A DNA stretch of 61,623 bases, filler included, from Choristocarpus tenellus KU-1152 (taxonomy: Eukaryota; Protista; Phaeophyceae), in the NCBI GenBank assembly GCA_964200185.2. It is 12 parts of 12 records of this genome, joined end to end, with 100 filler letters (N's around TTAATTAATTAA, not from the genome) between each part and the next. Parts side by side here need not be neighbours in the genome. Positions count along the whole stretch, not along the records: positions 1 to 8,102 come from CAXNAD020005145.1; positions 8,203 to 12,866 come from CAXNAD020013566.1; 10 more parts are not named here. The stretch is one strand, 5' to 3'. The position numbers and the translations under genes are program-made. The notes under the pieces were generated by a model. The model was given only the letters and a program-made list of their open reading frames with translations. It had not been told where the DNA came from and made no database searches. Shown here in pieces: positions 1 to 12,866 of the stretch (position 1 is the stretch's first letter; each line of letters begins with the position of its first letter).

Positions 1-1626
1 CTCGTGGGAGGGGGGTAGGTAATGGTGTAGAGGTAGGTGTAGAGGAAGATGATAAGGGGGTGGATGGAACTAGTGCAGGAGGCAAGACACCAAAGTCACG
101 AGGGAGGAAGGGGACCAAGACTGCCTCCAGCAAGAAAGGGGTTAAATCATCCTCTAAGAAGCGGAAAAGGTAGAGTTTCAAGACCAGAGACAGCCTTCAG
201 GGACAAAATAATGATTACCTACCACTTGTGTATATTATTGTTGGATCATGAAAAATATACTTCAGTCTGTGTACATGGCCTTTTCACCACTTTGAAGGGA
301 CGTGCAAGTGTGTGAAGTCAGGCTTTCTATTGATAGCCTCACCTTGCTCCTGTATTGATTCTTGTGTTGTTAAACATTCCTCTAGTTGCTAAGATCTGGA
401 TCCATGCAGGTTAAGAATGCCCCACGCAAGGCATGCACATCTCAAACTGCGGGTCTGTTTATGACTGGAAATATATTTGACTATTAATATTTAATTCACA
501 ATCAAGGTGTATAGTTGAGCCCCTCATGTATGTGAGGTTTTCCAACTTTAGAGGCGTGCTTAACTTTCCAGTGTTATTCACATTGGTCTTTTTTAGAGAA
601 ACTATGTTTTAGCTATAGATTTCTCCGTTGAGAATATCTACCCTTGATAGACACCATGCAGCTACGTGGCATTGTAGACTACACCCCTTCCATGTGTTAC
701 GAACGCTACCTACTTCACCTCACAAAAGTTGAGTGATGTAAGTCTTGATTCTTAAAGTCAACAGAGAGGGGGAACAAGATGCGTAATACCTCTTTTTTCT
801 TCCTTATTGTTCACAAGAACGTCTTCTTCACTCACAAATTGTCATCTCAGTCATTGGCAACACACACACATTTTGTGTGTGGGGCTGAATTTTTACCACT
901 ATGTCAGTGTTCTGCTCCCTTCCAAATCTATCCCTCAACATGATATGAAGGAGTTCATCCCACAAAATAACCTACTCTTCTCCACATTCATATTTCATTG
1001 TCTCCCCCTCTTGACAGGGTTATTGAGACTGTCTTCTCACTTTCCTTGACCAATGAATACTCATATTTGCATTGGGCTTGACTTGGGAATGTCTCCACAT
1101 TCCTGCCACCTAATTGATGGGGATTACCTACTGGATGCCATGGCAAAACCAGTACACAAATCTAAATACTCAGTCCACTGCTGCAGCTGCTCCTCCCATG
1201 CAGTTTTCAAATGAGGTGTGGTGCACACTTAAAACAAGCCCCCTTGAATACATTGTAACTATCTACCAAACATGGGGCTTCAGTAATGTGGCAAGACTAA
1301 AACAAATTTCAGATCAGACAGGGTGATACCGTGTATTCTTGGTTAACATCAACTTGGGTGTGAAATACAGGGGATGCATGATGGTGCTCCTACATTAGTT
1401 GCAATGACTGTTCTCCATTCTGCGTAATTTCCTACAGATATCTAAATTGACTGATATCCTAAGATCCAAGCTCCATTGTGTAATATACACAACGTCATGC
1501 AGGGCGACAACTTCTCAATAATATTCCAAACAAATTTCAATATTGAATCACAGCAACAACACGGTGTTGAGAGATACCATTACCCCATTTTAGGAGTATA
1601 TGAGGCCATTTTTGTAGTGGCCTTTC

Positions 1627-4600
1627 TCAGCCACGGCGCCTAGAGCCACGCTTGATGCCAAGTTCTTTCATAAGCTTAATCCTCGGACCTGCTCAGGAAA
1701 AGCAAGCATGAAGCAGAGGTGAAGGGTGGCTGTTACTCAAAACACTTCTTTGGTAACAGTGGAGAAGTGCTACGCCATAGGAACAGTTTGCAAGTATACT
1801 GAGAACAGGTCGTACAATGTATTGCATACATTGTTGTGTAACATTATTGTTTGCTATGACTATCAGAACTGGACTTGGAAATTTGTGAGCTCTTGAATCA
1901 CTTGCACACCTGATCTTTGGATCATCAATGATTCCCCTCATTATTTTTGGTGCCTCACTTCTCTTTTCTCAGTGGTCTTTTAGACACTTAACCTATCCTC
2001 ACCGATAGAAGAAACATCACAAGCGTAGTAACAGAGATACTGACAACACCAACCAACAACTCTTCTTTGTGACGCTTTGTGATTTCACAACAAAATCTCA
2101 TACTAATAGCAAAATCAAACACACATGGAACCGATCAACCAAAGCCCAATGGGTGTCCCTAGAGGAATGAATATTAGACTCAGAGGTAGTGAGTAACAGT
2201 TGCTTGTGTCCTTCATCTCACCAAGAGGAATGCCCATGGCTTTGAAGTGGGCCTCCTCACTCATGAGCCGAAGCGCTTCCATGTCAATCTGACCAACACA
2301 CAGAAAGACAATGGTACATGGAGGCAAGCAAATGCACGTTACCAAACCACCAATAAACATAGACTTTATACCTCAAGGTTTCTACATGCTGAATCATCAA
2401 CCAAAAAGGATACCAATATTTCAGGGTCAAAAGGAGCACCTTTTTGCGCCTACAAGGGGACTGGGCTGCAGGACACCTCACATGGTTCTCACACAAACAC
2501 GAGGTCATTCGATATTCAATCTCACATACTGAATCTTTAAAAAGAATAGATCCATACAGAAAAAAAACATTACCCCAGGCTTGACCCAGGTAAGGTATCT
2601 CCTAGACAGTCAGGCCAAAGCGTTCAGAAAATATCAAGGTCCTGGACCGTGAGTCAGTCCAGTGGTACACCCCCCTGACAACGATCTGAACAGGTAGCTC
2701 ACCTGTTGTGGATCAGTCGGAAAGTGTCAGAGTCCCTCCACTCTGCTCCTCTTGGGAAATTCCACTCCCAAGTGCACTCAACTCACCTCTGATTTGTCAA
2801 AGGTTTCTCTGAACTTAGTCAGGTCTAACCGTGCCAATAATTCTCCAAGGTCATCCATCTCCACGGGCATCTCCTCTAGGTCCTGCTCATAAATTCTTGA
2901 TGCTGTGACTCTCTCGGTATTGGACTGTTCCGACAATTCTTTCGTCAGTTGTTTGTAAGCATGCTCATAACTAGGTGTACCAATTGACCCCATACTGAAG
3001 GAACTCATATCGCTAATGAATGAGGTATTATGGTCCACATCTTCGGGGGTGGTATGTCCAAATGAGTTTAATGAGTCCATGACCGACAGTTGCATTTGCT
3101 CTCCCTGCCACAGGCCCGGCCCGGAGCCTTTCCAAACTTGTGTTGGAGTAGGAACATCCCCAGCAGTGATTACTCCAAAATTAACTCCACGAGTTAACGT
3201 AGGTATCTGGAATGCAGATGTGGGACAAGGTGAGACTAAAAAACTCAAGTTTAAGAGAGGCATAAGCGATACTCAACAGCAAAACAAATCCCAAGAAAAA
3301 GGGGTGGGTGAGTTGTCAAATGAAACGAGGATGATCCAAAAACAGCAGACAAAGATAGCCAATCAAATTGAGGCAAAGCTTCAAAAGACAAAGACGATCG
3401 GGTTTTTCTATGCTGACTGCACACACGTTTTTCAGGGCAGGTGATGGGTTTCGAATCTGAGGCTATTCTGTCAACAGCGAACGTCTGCTAGGAAGTGGGA
3501 ACAAAGAATAAGTTAACCAAAACACTCCTTCAAGGGCCAGCCTTCATCACAACCTTAACAATATATGTTACAAAAAGTGAGCTGAGCCGGAGAAGGAGGG
3601 GTTGAGACTGCCATTACCTTCTTAACATCAACTGTAGCCTTGCAGGTTACAAAGCACACACCGTCGTCATCATTGGGCCGTGACACATGAAAAACAAACC
3701 ATGACTGAGAGTCCGAACCAGGGAAGCCCAGCACCTGCCAGTGTTTTTTCAAGGTGGGAGTAATGATTGGACAGACCGGGGCAGCACAGACTATGGCAAG
3801 GAGGTATAGTAAAAGGCAGCGCAGCACAAAAAAGAGGAGTGGGGTTTGGAAGGAAGTGATTGTGTGCTTACTTTTGCTGAGTACATAATTTGATGTGGTG
3901 GGATAGTACTACCATCAGCAGATCAATCATTAATAAGAGCACACCTTCAAGGAACCGCACCGAATAGCATCATGGCAGAGATCATCCCTAACTCTCAATT
4001 TATCAGGTGCAGAAAAGGATGGAGCGAAAGTAGCCAAGAGTATTTCCCCACCAAAAAAACAAACAAGAGGGGACTGACTGCCGATGGGGGGAGTACGTTG
4101 TTCTAATCACTAGCAACCATTGCGTGGCTACACACTAGAGTAAATTTTGAGCCAACACGAAGGAAAAAGAGCAGCAATTTGAAAAGCATGCGTACATACT
4201 ATACTCACCTGCACTGCTTCCCCCCTCCCCCCCTGCCTACATTTTCATTAGTTTGAAGTACAATGTGTTAACAGCAATCAACTCCCCACATCGGCAGTCA
4301 CACGGAAAAAGCACTATAAAAAACGTGAACACGTCCAGGTTTATTGTGACCAGACTTCCACTTGCACCACACCTTCCCAGCCTATGTCCTTGTACAGATA
4401 CATCACAGCGCAACGCAATCTTACGTTGTTGTACAAACTGCACCTTGCAACAACAACAAAAAAGGTGCATATACCTTTTCAGCTATACGTGCCCCGGCTT
4501 TGATTCCTTGACCGTTGTCTGTCTCTACCACAAGAGATGACACCGCCAGTTCAATTACCAGTGACCCACCGTTGGGGTCCACATGGCCTGCACAGAGGAT

Positions 4601-6808
4601 ACGCATATTTTCATCTGTCTCATTCTGCATTCCACAGCATGTAATCAGCACACCACAGGGAGGAGGTCATAGGCACTAAATCAGCAAGTAGCGGGGATGG
4701 GCATGCTATGTAGGGTTGAAAGTCTGTATGGGGCAAAAATAGAAGGCATGGCGTTGTTCAGTACCGTCCCTAATGGTTCTACTCCTCGAGCATTTCTCAT
4801 ACGAATGATGCTATATATATATATATCTGAAGCTGGCATTATTGGAGGTTCTTATCATTTTAGGATCAATAAAATGGTCAGTTCTTGCTCTTCACGTTTT
4901 TGACAATGCATCGTTTCTCTCACAGAGGAAGGTCGCAATCTATCATATCCTGAAGGTGCTGGTCAAAAAAACACTTATCGATCACTCTCATGTGATTTTT
5001 TTAAAAGTGTTCTCATGTGATCGGTTGGTTGAGGTATCATACAAGGCCACCAGAACATCCCTTTGGTAACCCAGCAGTTGTATGACTCTTGGCTGAGAAT
5101 GTAGCATCAACAAGGTAGAACTCCAGATCTTGCTGTAGGACCACAATCATTGGTTGCAGGCATGGCCTTCCAGTGAAAGTCATCACATCTTATTACGATT
5201 CATGTCTGCTCTTAGAAACAAACCATGAGGTGCTTTGCACAGACCTGTTCAAAGGCAGCAATTCGTTGTAGGCTTTTCCAAGGCCGGTGTGGTGAAGGCG
5301 ACCACTTCAATCCTGCCCTAATAGCAGGGTCTTGCAGCATCCGATGCCCAAGATGTGTTCGAGGGATAAGGCGAATGTTTTCAGGTTGACTGGGGCGTCC
5401 ATTGGGGTAAAACATATTTCGGCTTGACTGTTCACCGACGAGGACATCCATCACAAATGTAGTAACAGAAAAGAATGGGGAGGAGCAAGGTCAAGCATTG
5501 GCATGATGGATCAAGTGCAGGCCCCTTCGGGGAAGGCAGGGAGCGTCAAGAGAAATGGAGGGGATACGGACATCTCACGGATACCAGGTGGACAAGTATT
5601 TGTAGCGGGGGTATTATATAAATATTTTTATAAATAAAAAACATTATCATTTCGTCTCTTCGACTCTTTTATTTCAAAATATGTGTTGTTTCAACAGAGG
5701 GGGTTGTCAGAAGGGGCACATTGCAATATGTGGAAATGCTACGCCTGTGTATTCCATCAACACATGGGAGTTCAACCTGTATTTTTCAAAAGAACTCACA
5801 TTCAGATCATTTAAGGCAGATTCCAACCCCACGGCAGCAACAAAATCACACTCTGAGGTGCTTTGGGCAGGAAAGGATGATTCCAATGCTGTCACAACTT
5901 GACCAAGCTCACGGGGGTTTACAACTACATAAGAGGCACAGTAGTCGATGCCTGGCCGAAGTTGTTCCATTAAGCGGCCATCTGGATGATGGAGGCAACA
6001 GACCTGTTTAAAGTTATTGGAAGAGGAGAGGGTTACAGTGAAGGCCTATTAATGGTAGTGGAAAGGGTTAACATAGGATGTTTTGATGCATCAGTAGGTT
6101 CATGTGGGCGCCACAGCAGCTTCAAGTCGATGGCACTAACACAATGGTTTACATCTGGACTCTTTCCTTCCCCATACTATGTACATTCCTGGTGTGGGTG
6201 CGAAAATAGTCAGTTGAACAAGCACACAGTAGATCTGGTAGGCATGCTTTGTGTGTCTCCAATTTGCCCAGATGTAACTCATGTACGCCCCACCACTCCC
6301 TCCAAAAACTGTGTAGCGAGCACTCGGCGTAATTTCAGCAGTTTTACTCACCCTGCGAACGAAGGCATTTGCGTCCTAATGGTTTATTCAAACCTCGCCA
6401 AACATCTTCCCACATCACGTGCTGGACAATTGGATTGAACTATTCAGACGTGCACACCGATTGAAGTCAAAACACTCATAAAGACAGGGATTACAGAATA
6501 ACGTCACCACAAGACATGGGATCATTTAATGAGGAGATCGATAGAGGGGGAGGCTGGCTTAGGTCTAAAATTGCAAAAGGAAAAAGGATTACAAAGCAAG
6601 GATATGTATATAGATTGATAGATGGGGTACGTGAGCACCCACAGATCGGAGAAGCTGATGTCCCCGTATCCACCTTTCGAAAACAGCACCGACCATAATT
6701 GCAGGACTGGACAATGTCCCTACCCATTGGGTGAGAATAGAAGCAATCAGCTCTCCTACACGCCCTTCCATACCGACATTTAGTGGCTAAGGGACGGGAT
6801 GGAGGCAT
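1627..6808 (-). CDS. Complete spliced gene: two N-terminal CCCH (Nab2-type) zinc fingers, unassigned central domain, C-terminal SAM domain (~473 aa)
   Basis: Nine GT-AG exons join in frame: 6808-6674, 6003-5800, 5427-5245, 4624-4475, 4236-4209, 3790-3618, 3206-2787, 2288-2222, 1688-1627 (1422 nt, ATG to TGA). Fingers are CRYGRACRRADCFYSHP and CNYGRCCFRK|VCCLHHP. The SAM domain reads DDLGELLARLDLTKFRETFDKSE|IDMEALRLMSEEAHFKAMGIPLG|PRIKLMKEL. Confidence 0.82.
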
Positions 6809-7313
6809 TGTAGGTTTTGAACAGGATAAATTGGACCTGAGGACAGGAGGGAAAGAGAGTATTTTATTAAGGATCATCGCTCATTCACTGTTATGATACA
6901 TGATCAGTTTGGAGTTTGTGGTGGCGACATGGGAAGACAATCACTTCCTAGGGAAGTATCATCGTTGAAAGCACATTCGAAGGTTCCTTGCGCTTAAGGT
7001 CCCATGCTGTGTTGGTCGGTCCTGTTTCAGTCTAGAATTCAGGTTCGAAAAGGGCCACTGAGAGGATGGGTCTCCATACCTCTAAATGTCACGGGTTCAC
7101 TACCATTCACCTCTTCAATCTGGTTGACCCGACTTGCTCAAACCAAAAAGTGATTTCGAAAATATTTCGTGTGTGCTATAGTGCTATAGTGCTATAGTAG
7201 TGCTATATGGTTGAAAATGACGAATATTGACTATTTATTTTTCATATTTCATATTATCACAAATGAATAAAATTATCTTCCAAAATGTGACAGGAGATTA
7301 TAGTATATAATAT

Positions 7314-7863
7314 TATGGAGGACAGTATGTAGGTCATTCACAATAGACAGGAATTTCCCTATGGATCTGGTCTTCCACTCTGGCACAGTTGTGGATGCTG
7401 GATCAGCCCCTTACCGAGATAAAGAAAGGCCTCCTTTTTGGATGTCACATTTACAGAAGTGGAAGTAGCCTCCCATCTGCCACATTCATCCACCAGCAAT
7501 GGTGCTGTTTCGCTGCATGCAGCTGAGGCGCTAAAGCGCACCCACTCAGACGGCTCCTTTGACCCTTGTGGTTATTATAACCTCATCACCTTCGCGGTGG
7601 AAAGCTTTGGGCGCCTCAGTGAGCAAGCAGAAAGTTTTCTGGATGATTTGGCTATGCGTGCGGTAGTAGTAGTAGGGAGGAGAGGGATGGAAAGGCTGCA
7701 GCAGGAAAGGAGCTGTCAAATCCTGTTTACGGCAGATAGTGTCTGTCACAACACAAGTAGCTCTATCGAGACATGTCATGCGTTTTAAGCTGGAGACTCC
7801 AGGAACATGGGCAAAGAGGGGCTTGTCAGATTCTTTGGATGCCTCCCTAGCTCCTCGCCCTGA
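7314..7863 (+). mobile_element. 3' relic of a CRE-clade non-LTR retrotransposon (restriction-like endonuclease domain)
   Basis: Frameshifted translation DRNFPMDLVF...LLDVTF...AAEALKRTH...FAVESFGRLSEQAESFL...VSVTTQVALSR. It overlaps in homology the last codons (FTVDRNLRMDL) of the copy ending at 43486. Confidence 0.8.
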
Positions 7864-8102
7864 GGTGTAAGGCTAAGGTAGGTTGGAGGCATAGGAGGGG
7901 AGTGGTATAGTATGTGATAGTAAAATAGAAAATGCTCCAGTAGAAAATATCTTTCGCTTATATTTACGATATAATGTTGCGGCACTTTTTAAGGGCCCCT
8001 TTTTGAGAGGGATATATTTTGTTCAAAACTATTTTGGTGCTTGTGGAGGGCACCGAAACGATTTGGAAGGCCTCAACCAAGCCAAAGGTATTAGGACAGA
8101 CG

Positions 8103-8202
8103 NNNNNNNNNNNNNNNNNNNNNNNNNNNNNNNNNNNNNNNNNNNNTTAATTAATTAANNNNNNNNNNNNNNNNNNNNNNNNNNNNNNNNNNNNNNNNNN
8201 NN
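8103..8202. other. Artificial contig linker (44 N + TTAATTAATTAA + 44 N); identical linkers start at 12867, 16665, 20175, 28447, 32348, 35855, 39160, 43487, 48392 and 51444
   Basis: The same 100-nt spacer, with stop codons in all six frames, occurs 11 times. Confidence 0.98.
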
Positions 8203-8649
8203 AGGGCCCCTTTTTGAATGGGAATCCATGACATGTCCCACCATCCTCCATGAAATGATCCATCCGCCATTATCATGATCTGCTGTTAGTATGAGGGGAC
8301 AGAGTGGATGTTGCGATTAATTCAGTCGATAGTCGATCCAATACTTTCCATATGATGTGTTCGTAGATAGTGCCACTAATACATTATAGATACCACTGGT
8401 GGATTATGTGATAGGATGGAGAGCTATTGACATATATCGTATGTCCTTACTCATCATATTGTCCATTGATTTGAATGTTATGTTCAAGATACACTTTCCA
8501 TACTTAAGCCAAGTAAATAAGTGATTCATAGTAAATTAGTGCGGACGATTGCAAACCCCACACTATAGGAATAGTAACGATTGTTTAGACTTATCTCACC
8601 CACCTATTCAGTCAACGGAATTGAGACCACAAGCCCCTTGTAATACTAA

Positions 8650-9330
8650 TATTGCACATCTACACCAAGCTATTCACCATCCTTCATTGAAGCACCAAAG
8701 CCATGGGTCTAGTGTGGAATATTTCAACATATGACACGTGAGCAACAGGATCCATGTAGATGAGGCCTGGTTCTACACCATGCAGCACAGGGAGACAGTG
8801 TGGGTTTTTCCCCATGAGGAATGTCCAGGGTCTACATGAGACAAGCGCAATATCCATAACCCCACTGTGATACTCATTGTGGCAAACGCAAAGCCAGGCC
8901 CTTCCAACGACTTAGACAGCGAGCTCAGGAATTTGTGCATTTATGTCATGAAGAGGGTTGTCCAGATATCCAAGAAGCAGAAGGTGGATAAGCAATGCCC
9001 TTTCGATGGGACTATCGACCATGAGTCGTAACAGAAGTGGTACATCAAGTTCCTGTTGCCCTCAATCCGAAGAATTATGCCTTGGCTGCTCAGCCAGTGT
9101 GTGGTGATCTGGCAGGATGGCGCCACCACTCACACCAACTGGTACGCTGAAGAAGTCCTCTGTACGGCTGGGGGAGAGAATGGGTGCCATATGATCGTTG
9201 TGACACAGCCGGCGCAGTCACCAGACCCCAATACCAATTACTTGGGCTTCTTTAGGCCACTCAAAAAGCTGGGTTTGGGGAGCATCGTATGGCATTATTG
9301 AGGACCTTGAGCAGTGCGTTTTCAACTGTT
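8650..9330 (+). mobile_element. Decayed plant/oomycete-type mariner (DD39D-like) transposase
   Basis: IHVDEAWFY ... VVIWQDGATTH ... VVTQPAQSPDPNTNYLGFF matches the IHIDEKWF / QQDNA.PH / QPPNSPDLNVLDLGFF motifs. Internal stops are present and the third catalytic D reads Y. Confidence 0.85.
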
Positions 9331-9333
9331 ATT

Positions 9334-9512
9334 GGCTCAAAGTATCTGGGGGGGGTGTCAGCTGTCCATTCAGGGCCATCTTTTCATGTTGCGATTTTGG
9401 GTGATTTGGTTGCATGCGTCAGGTAGATAGTGTAAATGCAATTTTCCTGGTCAGGGCCCGAATGGACACCTTGGTGTAGACCCCCCCCCACCCACCCTTG
9501 ATACTTTGAGCC
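9334..9512. mobile_element. MITE family A (~180 bp), full copy
   Basis: TIR GGCTCAAAGTATC ... GATACTTTGAGCC with a 3-bp ATT duplication on both flanks. Confidence 0.9.
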
Positions 9513-9789
9513 ATTCAGAATGTGTTACATGCTGCTAGATTTGAGATGGTTGGCACAGTGTGTGATCAAGGTGTATAATATGGTCCAAACTAATGTTATT
9601 GAGGGGTAATGATTTCAGTATTCCATCATGCATGGACATTATTGCACGGTAATATTCCAGATCATTGGAAACGGACTGGTGATATAGACAAGTCAACTTA
9701 CTTGAATACCTTTAAGTGGCAGAAGGATATCGACAACTAGAGTTAAGGTGTTAATTTTCTAATGTAAACGAATAATTGATTTCCAAAAA

Positions 9790-11230
9790 CAGTGTAAGTC
9801 CTTTCATCAGAGGTTACCTTTATCATTTTTGCAACATCTATCCAGTCTTCAGGATTGGAGATGGTACCACATCAAGTCCTTATTTCCCACCAATCACATA
9901 AGTTCTCGTCCAGTTCACGATCGTCTTTCATATGGAAAATCCAACAGAATGTTTGCCAGGGGCTCTGTAATTTCATCCCTGTGGTTATGCATTGTCTTAA
10001 AAACCCAATCCTTATGTTCTCGTCCTTCTCCAACTCCATTGCAAAGCGATATCTCACATCATCATTGCGCTTGAATCTATCTTCTTGTGCCATTCTCTGT
10101 GCTAAGTTGTTGGCACTCTCGTTGCCTTCTGACAAGAATTGAGTAGAGATTGGACTTAATGTCTCTTAATACCAGACCATACAAGACTGAATCTTATTTT
10201 TAAAAAAATCTCCCTAACCAAATCACACAGGGACACCTATTCACGCTCAGTTGTTGTAATGTAACTGACTTTTGCATCCTGGAACACCATGTCACACATC
10301 CTCCCTCATACATCACATCACCCCCTGACACCGAACACCTAGTTGCCAAATAACTGCCATAGCATGTGCCGTAGAGTGTAAGGTCTGTGACTTCCTTTTG
10401 ATCTTCATGTTATATGTATGCGACATGTATTCAGGAAAAAAGGCAATGGATACAAGCGACGGGTCGATATGGTGGTTTCTTAAATGTCATTGTGAACTTG
10501 AAGTCCTAGGTGGTATCTGACAAACATGCAAAACATCCCCAGGTTCAAGTCTACCAATAACTACACGAGTTGTACAGCTGGAAATTATGAAATATCCCAC
10601 TTGTTACCTCGTCGTCCTGCTCATTTCTTACCTGCAGTAAGAAACAAATAAGATTAATGTACGCCCACGTATCTTTGGCATGTCAAGCTGCATCGCACTA
10701 CTTTTATATTTCCAGATGGCGCAACGTGCTTGTTAGTGTACACACCTCACTCCCACCATCTTTGTAATACAATCCGGTCTTGCCCACGATAAGACTCCCA
10801 GTGCTTGAGTATATGGCGAATAATAGAAGGAGAGAGGAAGGAGTTTGATTAGTCCGAGAAACTTGCGACAGAATTGGTCCTGATAACAGGATTGTCTTGC
10901 AATGATGAAAGGCACGTTGCATGTTGCAATGACATAGTAAAGGAGAGTTCAATATGATGGAGGGAAGAAGTATACGACCCTCTGTGATATGAAATACGTC
11001 TTCGTACAGAAAAAGAGTCAAACCAATCGAGAGGTATGCAGGTTTTGACACTTTTGCATTTCAAGTCATCTTTCTTACCCTGTGCAATAATTTGTTCCAT
11101 TTCTTTATGTGCACAAAGGTGTACGCAAAATCGATAGTCCCCCTTTCCACACACAAAGTGACACCACAATCCAGCAAAAACTCGTTTTGTAATTGCACAA
11201 ATTGACATCTATTTGCCCCTTCTTGGGATC
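9790..11230 (-). mobile_element. Highly decayed probable DIRS-like retrotransposon pol (RT, RNase H, methylase-like)
   Basis: Degenerate motifs occur in DIRS order across frameshifts: FVCGKGDYRFCVHL; KKDDLK..DWFDSF/YEDVFHI; TSTLRHLEI; TRVVIGRL; EGNESANNLAQR; DW...NPEDWIDVAKMI. No YxDD is recognisable. Confidence 0.4.
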
Positions 11231-12419
11231 CTCAAAATGCAACCCTGCCTACCTCTCAGTTGCTATAACCCAAAAGAACAACCACAGAAATCAGACATGT
11301 CTGAGGCAAAGATGGAACTCCCTTTGTCCTGGAAATAGTCTATTCTGCAAGCGCTAGCCAATTCGTTCAAATGGGCAAGAAGAATGCACGCGCCAAACCT
11401 GAGGTCCCAACCAGCTGTGGCGTTCCTTACTCCAGTACAATATAAAATGGGGTATTAACACCCATCTTGGTTAATAGTGCAGTCAACATATTTGGGATGA
11501 GCGACCCACCTATTGTTACAGGCTATACCATCCTTACCTCTCCACTTCCTAAGACTTCTCAGAAAACTAGAATGGTCATGACGACAATGAGTCCCTTATT
11601 GTGTTCACTTGTGGGAATTTCTTCCCCTCCACCGCAACATATATATTCCGCAAAACTCTAGTCAGCGTCAATACATACGAGTACATAACATCAATAATTC
11701 CCGAAATTTGCGTGAGGAAGGGTTTAAGAGAGATCAACACATATGGTCTGTGCATACAAACATGGTAATACGAGTGATTCCACTTCGCACTGGAACATAA
11801 AAATAAAATGATATTTCGGTTTGACAGAAAAGTATAGTTACGACAGTTGCGACTCCTCTCAGGTGAGGGCACGAAACAAAAGTACTCAACTCTGGCACCA
11901 CTGCAGTGCCGTGCCATATACTTCGAAGATCAATGAAATAGTGGAAAGTACAAACGACTGGCAGTAGCCAATGTGGAATCGACTCATCTGTTGTGATTTG
12001 AGGAGTGTAGGGAACACAATGCGAAACGCGATATCCCCACCAATAAGATAACCGTATTTGTCGCTGCATTCACCCAACAAGAAGCACGACTCATCCTGTA
12101 CACCTTTGTACACCCTTAGCCTTGTCCTCGTTCGACTAGTAGCAGGAAAGATGATGATGATCAATCCACCCAGGAAAAATAATCTACCGTGAGAAGGGAG
12201 TACGTACATATACACCCACCATGCAGCTAGCCAAAAATCAATCTGTGACCATGCATCAATGGCCGTAGATCCCGGTGTGTATCTCCCCTGCACGATGATT
12301 CTTTCCCGAACAAACGGTTGACCCAAGGCAGGGGAAAGATGACAAGGACAAGGGAATCCAGATCTCACTCCACTCTCCATCGATGGACCCTTGCTTTACA
12401 CTAGTCCTCACACAGTGGT

Positions 12420-12597
12420 GGGTCAAAATATCTTGGGGGGGGGGGTGTGGTTTGTGAAGGGGCGTCCGTTTCGGTCAAACAACTCTTTTTTTGCTGAAAT
12501 TTCAAATCCGACACGTGCGACTAAATCATACCAAAAAAGTGATCGAAAAAAGGGTGAAAAACGGATGCCGACACCCCCCCCTCAGATACTTTGACCC
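12420..12597. mobile_element. MITE family C (~178 bp)
   Basis: TIR GGGTCAAAATATCT ... AGATACTTTGACCC, poly-G/poly-C inside the ends, subterminal GTCCGTTT/AAACGGA. The interior differs from families A and B. Confidence 0.8.
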
Positions 12598-12845
12598 TGG
12601 CACTACTGGATAAGACTTTCCTGCCATCATACGTCATGCCCAGCCTAGCCTCTTTTGTTTTTCGAGCCAGAGTGCCTCGGTGCAAAGGAGACTACCAAGG
12701 TACCTAGCAAGAGGGCTATTGGCATGAGAATGCTTTCCAGATCACCCAAAAACAGCTGCGGGATTGGGAGAGAGAGGGAGAGAGAAATTGGGGTCAGGGT
12801 GGTGTGGGTGAGGTCTCATTACCAGATATCAAGAAGAATACTGCA

Positions 12846-12866
12846 GGGTCAAACTATCTTGGGGGG
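12846..12866. mobile_element. MITE terminus (family C-like) truncated by contig end
   Basis: GGGTCAAACTATCTTGGGGGG runs into the linker. Confidence 0.6.

Noticed and set aside
10560-11330. RNA-virus RdRp motifs (ASDMSDF, PSG, QDD)
   Set aside because: Spacing and frames are inconsistent with RdRp motifs A-B-C; the DIRS-like RT reading fits the motif order better.
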